From: Balanoglossus misakiensis
Taxonomy: Eukaryota > Animalia > Hemichordata
Length of the DNA stretch: 64,000 bases
Assembly (NCBI GenBank): GCA_040954595.2
Contig: CM082579.2
Span: forward strand, 10,653,625-10,717,624
Direction of reading: 5' to 3'
In this document: positions 11,440 through 23,000 of the stretch, in pieces
Layout of the letters: the number at the start of each line of letters is the position of its first letter
How positions within the stretch are numbered: position 1 is the stretch's first letter
Position numbers and translations under genes: made by a program
The notes under the pieces: generated by a model
What the model was told of the DNA's origin: nothing
Seen by the model: the letters and a program-made list of their open reading frames with translations, nothing else
Databases searched by the model: none

Positions 11440-12616
11440 GAGAACAATGTATGTTGCAGGTACTGGTAACTTCTTGCCTGAGTTTCTTCACATAGTTGTC
11501 AGAACACTTTTCACTGGGTTTGATGTCCAGTAGCATATAATTTGACAACAGTTACCATGTTACCTTTATTTCTGTTTTCCCAATTTTCACCTTAAACAAT
11601 GTATTTCATACAAATGTTTCATTTCATTTTAACCATTGTAAGTGTTTCTTACCACAGAACCTTAACCCATAACTTTTTCTATTGGTCTAATATGAATGTA
11701 TTATTCGAATGAACTTCTATAAAAAACTGTTAACTAATAATACCTAATTATTACTTCATTTTACAGAACTCCATGAGTAATCAGACAAAAATACCCAGTA
11801 AATATGTAACCATAATATTTACATTTTGATTGTCAGCCTAATTGGCTCAAATTGTTTCTTTCAATTTTATTTTGTGTGACTTGATGTTGATTACCAGCAT
11901 CATTTGTAATTTTGCTTTCTATATCACAATTTAATGTAGGAATCAATTTATGTGTACACGGAACTCCAGTATTTTATTTACAGTTCGCTGGTTTTATTCA
12001 AAAGGATAATCTGATTTTGTGCATTTAATGTATTCTCTGCAGATGTATTACTGAAGACATAAATTTTTGACCAAAGGAAGTCATGAAATACAGTTAACAT
12101 ATTATATCTTCTATCTCTTACTACAGTGACTTGTCGACATTTTACCCAGAATGCAATTATTATAATGTGATATGACCCCCTAGCACGGAGTAAAACCTGA
12201 ATGGCCCATCTGGACAGCACATACACATACCCCTTTCTATCTTTCTATGTGTGTATCCCCCAGGAGAAGCCTCAGACACATGTAAGCCTGGTTGTTATTG
12301 GTGCAACCAGAGTTATTGGAACTTATTGATCCTGAACTCAATTTGTATCATGCGATAGGTCACAAGGTTGTTCAGGGTACTGATTAAGAATGCCCTCACG
12401 TACGCTTCTACCAAAATTATACACCCAACCGCGCCAGTGCCACATCTTGGCAATCGCCACGATCAGACATACCTCAAAAGTCAATTGCAAGAAGGTTCAT
12501 CGCGATAAATACAAAGTGACCTCCGTTTATGGTAGACACGTTTAACAGGAGTGTACTTTTGACTATAAGTGGTCAAGCCGCAAACAATAGTGTGCGTGTT
12601 GATTTATTTACCAGTC

Positions 12617-12624
12617 TATATAAA
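12617..12624 (+). promoter_or_regulatory. TATA box of the small secreted-protein gene
   Basis: TATATAAA, 75-82 bp upstream of ATG 12699. Confidence 0.55.
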
Positions 12625-12698
12625 CGGCGAAGTTTTAACCAGGTCTCCAGACTAGAAATTTTCGTCATAAGGCAAACATCTCATCAGACACGGAATAG

Positions 12699-13921
12699 AT
12701 GGCTAAGATGCGTTTCTCGTTCATCTGGCTGCCACTGCTTTTCAGCGCTGCAGCACAAGGCGTGCTGAGGGGTGCCCCAAACACTTGCAGTTCCTTCATT
12801 GGAAATGGGTAGTCAGTGAAGATTGTTAACAAGGCCCTCACCTACGGTGTACCGTGTCCCCCGAATATGATCCAGACTCTGCAGGAGACCGAAGCTCTCC
12901 AGCCCGTGCATAACCTGTCCTTCTACTTCACTACCTCGGACTACATCGCCGACTCAACTACAGTGTTGCTTTTCAGCATACCGACAACCATTTTGGACAA
13001 AAACCCTGACATTGATCAGGTAACCACGTGTTTCATACATTTTTTGAGAAGTTTGTCTGAATGCTATAGTCGGGAGACTAACGTTGTTTATACATGTTGA
13101 ACAGCAACCTAAACAACACAGAAGCTCGATGATGATTAACTATAATGACGCCAAGTGACTTCTAATCTAAATCTATTACAGAAATGGTTGTTTTCTCTCG
13201 TTAATCAGACATCGACAAACAACAAAGTTATGAATATTTCTTTCTTTCACACCCGTAGGGTGAATTGACTGGTTATCCGACCGCCGACTGCGGAGTGTGT
13301 AATGCCGATATTTACGGTAACGGTTACTGGATCTTCCGATGTTCCTATTTGAATGAGGTAAAAACTTAGTTCAGTTTCAAATAGTTAGTCACACACCACT
13401 TCTGTGGCCGAGAACGCATTTTAGTACACACAGCTTTTGCAGATGTTTCGATTAAAATATTTTGTATTTAACATCATGTTTACGTCATCACTGAAAAATG
13501 TACCATCAGCATCCATATCTCACTGACGATCTTATAAGTTTAGCGAGCTGCAGTCCACAACGAGGACATTTTGATTACCTCAATACTAACACCGATAAGT
13601 TTGGTTCTTGCTTGTCTTCTATTTCTGTTGGATTATTTGAGATATGGCCAGCAGCAAATGTATTAGTCCAATAAATATATTTATGTAAAGTTCTGATAAC
13701 TTGCTTTTGATATTAATTTTAACGTTTCAATATTTCCTCTTCGTATATTTCAGAACTGTCCAAGCCCAATAGGTGACAACATCCGCTTTGCACCGCCACC
13801 CCCGGCTGTATTGAATCGTGAGGTTTTCCTGGAGATTTGTTTCAACACCGTTATGAACGGAGATCCCAGGTTGCTTTGCAAGATACACTACACCTTCTAC
13901 AATGATGAAGAAGTTCAATAG
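12699..13921 (+). pseudogene. Three-exon secreted Cys-rich protein gene (~195 codons, possible divergent ML/NPC2-like domain) with a single in-frame TAG
   Basis: Signal peptide MAKMRFSFIWLPLLFSAAAQG. Exons 12699-13019, 13259-13357 and 13754-13921, both introns phase 0 GT-AG. TAG at 12810-12812 (codon 38). 8 Cys. AATAAA at 14007 and ~14053. Confidence 0.7.
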
Positions 13922-14491
13922 AGCTGTCTTTCTCACAAGACGGTTATGACAGTATACAAACGTGTTGATAAGTGATTCCAACTACTTGAGCTAACCAACT
14001 TGATGCAATAAAATCTCCAAGATGGACTTTTTGTCAAAAAATCGCAGTTATTAATAAAAAATAAACATCTTCTTTAATCAGAAATTGTGTTTGTTGTGAA
14101 CTGTAGAAGTTGAAGGATTGGAGTCTTAGGTTTCAAACATCAAAGAACCGCGATCACATGAAACGCCACGCATTCAACGGCCGAGGGTACCTCTAACTGT
14201 ACCCACAAGTTCACTTTTGCCGCAAAAGCCCTCCGAAATTATACAATCGGCCTCTAAATCACACATCGTTTATTGAACTATCGACACAGAAATGTCATCT
14301 GCTCGAAAAGTACGGCCCAGCCGAATCGTGTGCCAAGAAACATGATCGTCCTTCTGCCTGCCAACTTTTCGCACGCAAACAACAAGCAAATGTTTAACTA
14401 TAAAATCGCACCAGCATTGTTCCCCAGACGTACACGAAAATTACAACCCCCTTATCTAAACTACACATCGACAACTGAATTGTCGACCTTA

Positions 14492-15390
14492 GGGAGCATT
14501 CGTTTTTTACAGGGAGGGGGGGCCTGTGGAATTTGAGTCGCCGACTAAATGTAAAAGGCAACCCCCCCTCGAAATTACTTTTCTAAAATGTGTCCCCCCC
14601 TAAATTCTTCAATTGTAAAATGTGACCCCCCCCAAAAAAAAAAAGTTTATCCACCGGATTAAACTTATCAAACTTTGTCAGATATGTAGACTGACCATTG
14701 TTATTGTTGACATATGATTCTATTCAGAATTACATTCATTCTATCTTGTAAAAAAAGAAAAACAGCACTCCCATGAAAAGAATTTGAAATTGATGTTTCC
14801 CCTCATCAGTGGGTACTAAAACTGAACATTGTTTTTATTTTTTAAGTATTTGTATTCTGTGTTGGGAGACATTGTAAACCGAGAATTGAAGGGGGTGGGT
14901 TTGGGAGGGGGTGTCCCCCTCCCACGTTAGAAATTTTTGTAAAATACAGAGCTCAAAGCTGCACTTTAATGAACCCGGCAAAAGCAAATTAACTCAACTA
15001 CCGGTATGTTGGGGAGGACAAATTTAACCGTCGCCGCTCAAAGTTATCATGGGGTGGGGGCAAGTCCCCTGACCTGGGACACTATAGATAAACCAGTCAA
15101 TGATTGAAAGGTGTTGATGAGGGGTGGGTGTGGGAGGGGGGTTCCCCCTCCCACATTAGAAAATTTTGTAAAATAAAGGGTGCGAAACTGCATTTTTGCG
15201 GACTCAAAATAAACATTTAGTCGTCAAAGTTTGCTATAATTCCATACAAATCTGTTGTAAAAATTGTCCCCCCCCCCCCAAACCATTGATTATAAAATTT
15301 GTCCCCCCCTAAAAACTGCTTTGTAAAAGTAAACCCCCCCCTGATTTCCACCGCCCCCCCCCCCCCTCCCTGTAAAAAACGAATGCTCCC
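14492..15390. mobile_element. PIF/Harbinger-type non-autonomous element (~0.9 kb)
   Basis: TIR GGGAGCATTCGTTTTTTACAGGGAGGGGGGG ... CCCCCCCTCCCTGTAAAAAACGAATGCTCCC. TTA TSD at 14489-14491 and 15391-15393. Internal direct repeat ggggtggg..gggagggg..tccccctcccac.ttagaaa at ~14891 and ~15121. Confidence 0.88.
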
Positions 15391-17062
15391 TTATCTCCTA
15401 AAGCTGTATATCGGTCATTTTGTTCGCGACACCTGAATATGGGGCACTGTATTTTGTTTAAGCTTTAACACATGTTACATCTTCACACACGAACACATTG
15501 GTACGCACGCAGTCACAGGCGATGATACACACATGCACACAATTGCAAGCACGCTCATAGACTCTTGGAAGAATGCCACGCGTACTTTATAGCACCGCCA
15601 GTGATGTATTACTGATATACACGAATTTATTGTCTCGGTATAATTAGTAATTCTAATTATGGCTTGTAATTGACCTTCCTATAATATGTACTTTCCAGTT
15701 ATAATTCTAATCGAATATTATCTGAAAATACCGATTTACATTTTTGTCTCTAAGGCAATAAATACAATGTTATAATAGTTCGCGATATCGTCAATTCATC
15801 ATGACGTTGTCATGACGTATGATGATGTATACCACCAGCGTCATACTCTTCATGGTGTCATGAATAAAATGAAAAATGTCTTTTTTCCTCAAAAAAGAAT
15901 ATTACAAAACATGAAATATAGGCACATTATTTTGTGTTTAAACACAAGTCATGTAAGTCACAGGTACAATTAACGACGAGGGCAGAGGTCAGCATACTTC
16001 GGCACACTATCCCAGGGCAGACTTATATACACAACAAATAACCGTACTTTACACTTCAGACATGTCAATGCCCAAGATATCATTACCCTGAAAAGGGCCT
16101 GACTTCCAGTTACAAGTACATGTATGTTAGGTAATATTTTGTCATTTAAGTTTCAATAATTTATATTTAATAAATAATTTTTGGTCAGCACCGGGACTGA
16201 AACGTTTATCCTGATATTTTAGGCTTTATTTAAATACATTGGTTTGTTCGGTCTGGCAGGCATTTTCGCCGACATCTGACGTCATTTTGCAAATTGTTCG
16301 GAATTTTCACACTGTTGCCATGCATTTGAAGACTAGCGTTGTGCGTTGTCCGTGCTGTTGGGAACGGGAACTTTGGACACGTGTGACCTTTAGCCAATCA
16401 GCAGTTCAGGATGAAGCACGACTTGAGCGGAACAGTCGTCCAGGTATTGAGCGACACGAGGGTCGTCGAGGACACCTGGTGTAAGTTAAAACATGACTAA
16501 TCATTAAGCACGCACTGGCTTCCTGTCAGTCGATTGGCGGTTGGAACGTGTATGTTCAGAGATGGAGATTTCCATCCGTTGAGAGCGACCACGCCCAAAT
16601 GCAAAGCTTCACCACGTGCTCACTCATTTGCACGCGCCACTTCGTTCGCGTCACCACATTCATGGCGAAGGCATCGTGCAGGATGACGCTGTTGAACTCA
16701 TTACCTAAACCATAGACAGTCAACCACGCGTTGAAACGTGAAGAAGACCAACATGAAGAGGCTGACTGGTTGTTGCGGAAGTTTGGAGAACTTTTGGGGA
16801 AAGGCTTTTGCAGGACTGCCACACCGCGTTGGATTCACCAAACAAGTGAGCATACTTCACCCTCTTTTGTTACTACATGTAAAAGCATGGCTTGATTACA
16901 GATTTAACACGCCCCAGAACAAGATGGCATCTCAGACTCAGACTACATTCACGGCAAATGAAAAATGTTATGGAATACATCGTTCACTACACTATCTTGT
17001 CCTGGGGGATATTGAATTGTAATCGTGCACTGTTTTCAATCGTTCGCTTGTATCATTATAGA

Positions 17063-20000
17063 TCATGAAAATCTTCAAAAAACGACGATTTTTCGACTTT
17101 GCCAATTTTCAAAATTTCTTCATTTTTTGATAAAAATCATGGGTTATAGCACATGAAAATCTTCAAAAAAACGACGATTTTTCGTCTTTGCGAATTTTCA
17201 CAATTTCTTCATTTTTTGAAAAAAATCATGGGTTATAGCTCATGAAAATCTTCATAAAACGACGATTTTTCGACTTTGCGAATTTTCAAAATTTGGCCAT
17301 TTTTTGCAAAAATCATGGGTTATAGCTCATGAAAATCATCCAAAAATGACAATTTTTCGACTTTGCGAATTTTCAAAATTTGGTCATTTTTTGAAAAATA
17401 TCATGGGTTATATATAGCTCATGAAAATCTTCAAAAATCGACGATTTTTCGACTTTGACAATTTTCAAAATTTCTTCATTTTTGAAAAAAATCATGGGTT
17501 ATATAGCTCATGAAAATCTTCAAAAAATGACGATTTTTCGACTTTGCCAATTTTCAAATTTTCTTCATTTTTTGATAAAAATCATGGGTTATAGCTCATG
17601 AAAATCTTCAAAAAACGACGATTTTTCGACTTCGCGAATTTTCAAAATTTCTTCATTTTTTGAAATAATCATGGTTTATAGCTCATGAAAATCTTCAAAA
17701 AACGACGATTTTTCGTCTTTGCGAATCTTCAAAATTTCTTCATTTTTTGATAAAAATCATGGGTTATAGCTCATGAAAATCTTCAAAAATCGACGATTTT
17801 TCGACTTTGACAATTTTCAAAATTTCTTCATTTTTGAAAAAAATCATGGGTTATAGCTCATGAAAATCATCCAAAAATGACAATTTTTCGACTTTGCGAA
17901 TTTTCAAAATTTGGTCATTTTTTGAAAAAAATCATGGGTTATATATAGCTCATGAAAATCTTCAAAAATCGACGATTTTTCGACTTTGACAATTTTCAAA
18001 ATTTCTTCATTTTTGAAAAAAATCATGGGTTATAGCTCATGAAAATCTTCAAAAAAACGACGATTTTTCGTCTTTGCGAATTTTCAAAATTTCTTCATTT
18101 TTTGATAAAAATCATGGGTTATAGCTCATGAAAATCTTCATAAAACGACGATTTTTCGTCTTTGCGAATTTTCAAAATTTCTTCATTTTTTGATAAAAAT
18201 CATGGGTTATAGCTCATGAAAATCTTCATAAAACGACGATTTTTCGACTTTGCGAATTTTCAAAATTTGGCCATTTTTTGCAAAAATCATGGGTTATAGC
18301 TCATGAAAATCATCCAAAAATGACAATTTTTCGACTTTGCGAATTTTCAAAATTTGGTCATTTTTTGAAAACAATCATGGGTTATATATAGCTCATGAAA
18401 ATCTTCAAAAATCGACGATTTTTCGACTTTGACAATTTTCAAAATTTCTTCATTTTTGAAAAAAATCATGGGTTATAGCTCATGAAAATCTTCAAATAAT
18501 GACGATTTTTCGACTTTGCCAATTTTCAAATTTTCTTCATTTTTTGATAAAAATCATGGGTTATAGCTCATGAAAATCATCCAAAAATGACAATTTTTCG
18601 ACTTTGCGAATTTTCAAAATTTGGTCATTTTTTGAAAAATATCATGGGTTATATATAGCTCATGAAAATCTTCAAAAATCGACGATTTTTCGACTTTGAC
18701 AATTTTCAAAATTTCTTCATTTTTGAAAAAAATCATGGGTTATATAGCTCATGAAAATCTTCAAAAAATGACGATTTTTCGACTTTGCCAATTTTCAAAT
18801 TTTCTTCATTTTTTGATAAAAATCATGGGTTATAGCTCATGAAAATCTTCAAAAAACGACGATTTTTCGACTTCGCGAATTTTTTAAAATTTCTTCATTT
18901 TTTGAAATAATCATGGTTTATAGCTCATGAAAATCTTCAAAAAACGACGATTTTTCGTCTTTGCGAATCTTCAAAATTTCTTCATTTTTTGATAAAAGTC
19001 ATGGGTTATAGCTCATGAAAATCTTCAAAAAACGACGATTTTTCGTCTTTGCGAATTTTCAAAATTTCTTCATTTTTTGATAAAAATCATGGGTTATAGC
19101 TCATGAAAATCTTCATAAAACGACGATTTTTCGACTTTGCGAATTTTCAAAATTTGGCCATTTTTTGCAAAAATCATGGGTTATAGCTCATGAAAATCTT
19201 CAAAAAACGACGATTTTTCGACTTTGCCAATTTTCAAAATTTCTTCATTTTTTGATAAAAATCATGGGTTATAGCTCATGAAAATCTTCAAAAAACGACG
19301 ATTTTTCGTCTTTGCGAATTTTCAAAATTTCTACATTTTTTGATAAAAATCATGGGTTATAGCTCATGAAAATCTTCATAAAACGACGATTTTTCGACTT
19401 TGACAATTTTCAAAATTTCTTCATTTTTGAAAAAAATCATGGGTTATAGCTCATGAAAATCTTCAAAAAATGACGATTTTTCGACTTTGCCAATTTTCAA
19501 AATTTCTTCATTTTTTGATAAAAATCATGGGTTATAGTTCATGAAAATCTTCAAAAAACGACGATTTTTCGACTTCGCGAATTTTCAAAATTTCTTCATT
19601 TTTTGAAATAATCATGGTTTATAGCTCATGAAAATCTTCAAAAAACGACGATTTTTCGTCTTTGCGAATCTTCAAAATTTCTTCATTTTTTGAAAAAAAT
19701 CATGGCTTATATATAGCTCATGAAAATCTTCAAAAATCGACGATTTTTCGACTTTGACAATTTTCAAAATTTCTTCATTTTTGAAAAAAATCATGGGTTA
19801 TAGCTCATGAAAATCTTCAAAAAAACGACGATTTTTCGTCTTTGCGAATTTTCAAAATTTCTTCATTTTTTGATAAAAATCATGGGTTATAGCTCATGAA
19901 AATCTTCATAAAACGACGATTTTTCGACTTTGCGAATTTTCAAAATTTGGCCATTTTTTGCAAAAATCATGGGTTATAGCTCATGAAAATCATCCAAAAA

Positions 20001-23000
20001 TGACAATTTTTCGACTTTGCGAATTTTCAAAATTTGGTCATTTTTTGAAAAAAATCATGGGTTATATATAGCTCATGAAAATCTTCAAAAATCGACGATT
20101 TTTCGACTTTGACAATTTTCAAAATTTCTTCATTTTTGAAAAAAATCATGGGTTATAGCTCATGAAAATCTTCAAAAAAACGACGATTTTTCGACTTTGC
20201 CAATTTTCAAATTTTCTTCATTTTTTGATAAAAATCATGGGTTATAGCTCATGAAAATCTTCATAAAACGACGATTTTTCGTCTTTGCGAATTTTCAAAA
20301 TTTCTTCATTTTTTGATAAAAATCATGGGTTATAGCTCATGAAAATCTTCATAAAACGACGATTTTTCGACTTTGCGAATTTTCAAAATTTGGCCATTTT
20401 TTGCAAAAATCATGGGTTATAGCTCATGAAAATCATCCAAAAATGACAATTTTTCGACTTTGCGAATTTTCAAAATTTGGTCATTTTTTGAAAACAATCA
20501 TGGGTTATATATAGCTCATGAAAATCTTCAAAAATCGACGATTTTTCGACTTTGACAATTTTCAAAATTTCTTCATTTTTGAAAAAAATCATGGGTTATA
20601 GCTCATGAAAATCTTCAAAAAATGACGATTTTTCGACTTTGCCAATTTTCAAATTTTCTTCATTTTTTGATAAAAATCATGGGTTATAGCTCATGAAAAT
20701 CTTCAAAAAACGACGATTTTTCGACTTCGCGAATTTTTTAAAATTTCTTCATTTTTTGAAATAATCATGGTTTATAGCTCATGAAAATCTTCAAAAAACG
20801 ACGATTTTTCGTCTTTGCGAATCTTCAAAATTTCTTCATTTTTTGATAAAAGTCATGGGTTATAGCTCATGAAAATCTTCAAAAAACGACGATTTTTCGT
20901 CTTTGCGAATTTTCAAAATTTCTTCATTTTTTGATAAAAATCATGGGTTATAGCTCATGAAAATCTTCATAAAACGACGATTTTTCGACTTTGCGAATTT
21001 TCAAAATTTGGCCATTTTTTGCAAAAATCATGGGTTATAGCTCATGAAAATCTTCAAAAAACGACGATTTTTCGACTTTGCCAATTTTCAAAATTTCTTC
21101 ATTTTTTGATAAAAATCATGGGTTATAGCTCATGAAAATCTTCAAAAAACGACGATTTTTCGTCTTTGCGAATTTTCAAAATTTCTACATTTTTTGATAA
21201 AAATCATGGGTTATAGCTCATGAAAATCTTCATAAAACGACGATTTTTCGACTTTGACAATTTTCAAAATTTCTTCATTTTTGAAAAAAATCATGGGTTA
21301 TAGCTCATGAAAATCTTCAAAAAATGACGATTTTTCGACTTTGCCAATTTTCAAAATTTCTTCATTTTTTGATAAAAATCATGGGTTATAGTTCATGAAA
21401 ATCTTCAAAAAACGACGATTTTTCGACTTCGCGAATTTTCAAAATTTCTTCATTTTTTGAAATAATCATGGTTTATAGCTCATGAAAATCTTCAAAAAAC
21501 GACGATTTTTCGTCTTTGCGAATCTTCAAAATTTCTTCATTTTTTGAAAAAAATCATGGCTTATATATAGCTCATGAAAATCTTCAAAAATCGACGATTT
21601 TTCGACTTTGACAATTTTCAAAATTTCTTCATTTTTGAAAAAAATCATGGGTTATAGCTCATGAAAATCTTCAAAAAAACGACGATTTTTCGTCTTTGCG
21701 AATTTTCAAAATTTCTTCATTTTTTGATAAAAATCATGGGTTATAGCTCATGAAAATCTTCATAAAACGACGATTTTTCGACTTTGCGAATTTTCAAAAT
21801 TTGGCCATTTTTTGCAAAAATCATGGGTTATAGCTCATGAAAATCATCCAAAAATGACAATTTTTCGACTTTGCGAATTTTCAAAATTTGGTCATTTTTT
21901 GAAAAAAATCATGGGTTATATATAGCTCATGAAAATCTTCAAAAATCGACGATTTTTCGACTTTGACAATTTTCAAAATTTCTTCATTTTTGAAAAAAAT
22001 CATGGGTTATAGCTCATGAAAATCTTCAAAAAAACGACGATTTTTCGACTTTGCCAATTTTCAAATTTTCTTCATTTTTTGATAAAAATCATGGGTTATA
22101 GCTCATGAAAATCTTCATAAAACGACGATTTTTCGTCTTTGCGAATTTTCAAAATTTCTTCATTTTTTGATAAAAATCATGGGTTATAGCTCATGAAAAT
22201 CTTCATAAAACGACGATTTTTCGACTTTGCGAATTTTCAAAATTTGGCCATTTTTTGCAAAAATCATGGGTTATAGCTCATGAAAATCATCCAAAAATGA
22301 CAATTTTTCGACTTTGCGAATTTTCAAAATTTGGTCATTTTTTGAAAACAATCATGGGTTATATATAGCTCATGAAAATCTTCAAAAATCGACGATTTTT
22401 CGACTTTGACAATTTTCAAAATTTCTTCATTTTTGAAAAAAATCATGGGTTATAGCTCATGAAAATCTTCAAAAAATGACGATTTTTCGACTTTGCCAAT
22501 TTTCAAATTTTCTTCATTTTTTGATAAAAATCATGGGTTATAGCTCATGAAAATCTTCAAAAAACGACGATTTTTCGACTTTACGAATTTTCAAAATTTC
22601 TTCATTTTTTGATAAAAATCATGGGTTATAGCTCATGAAAATCATCCAAAAATGACAATTTTTCGACTTTGCGAATTTTCAAAATTTGGTCATTTTTTGA
22701 AAAATATCATGGGTTATATATAGCTCATGAAAATCTTCAAAAATCGACGATTTTTCGACTTTGACAATTTTGAAAATTTCTTCATTTTTGAAAAAAATCA
22801 TGGGTTATATAGCTCATGAAAATCTTCAAAAAATGACGATTTTTCGACTTTGCCAATTTTCAAATTTTCTTCATTTTTTGATAAAAATCATGGGTTATAG
22901 CTCATGAAAATCTTCAAAAAACGACGATTTTTCGACTTCGCGAATTTTCAAAATTTCTTCATTTTTTGAAATAATCATGGTTTATAGCTCATGAAAATCT

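Noticed and set aside
12810-12812. Selenocysteine or pyrrolysine recoding
   Set aside because: Sec uses TGA, not TAG, and pyrrolysine is not known in animals.
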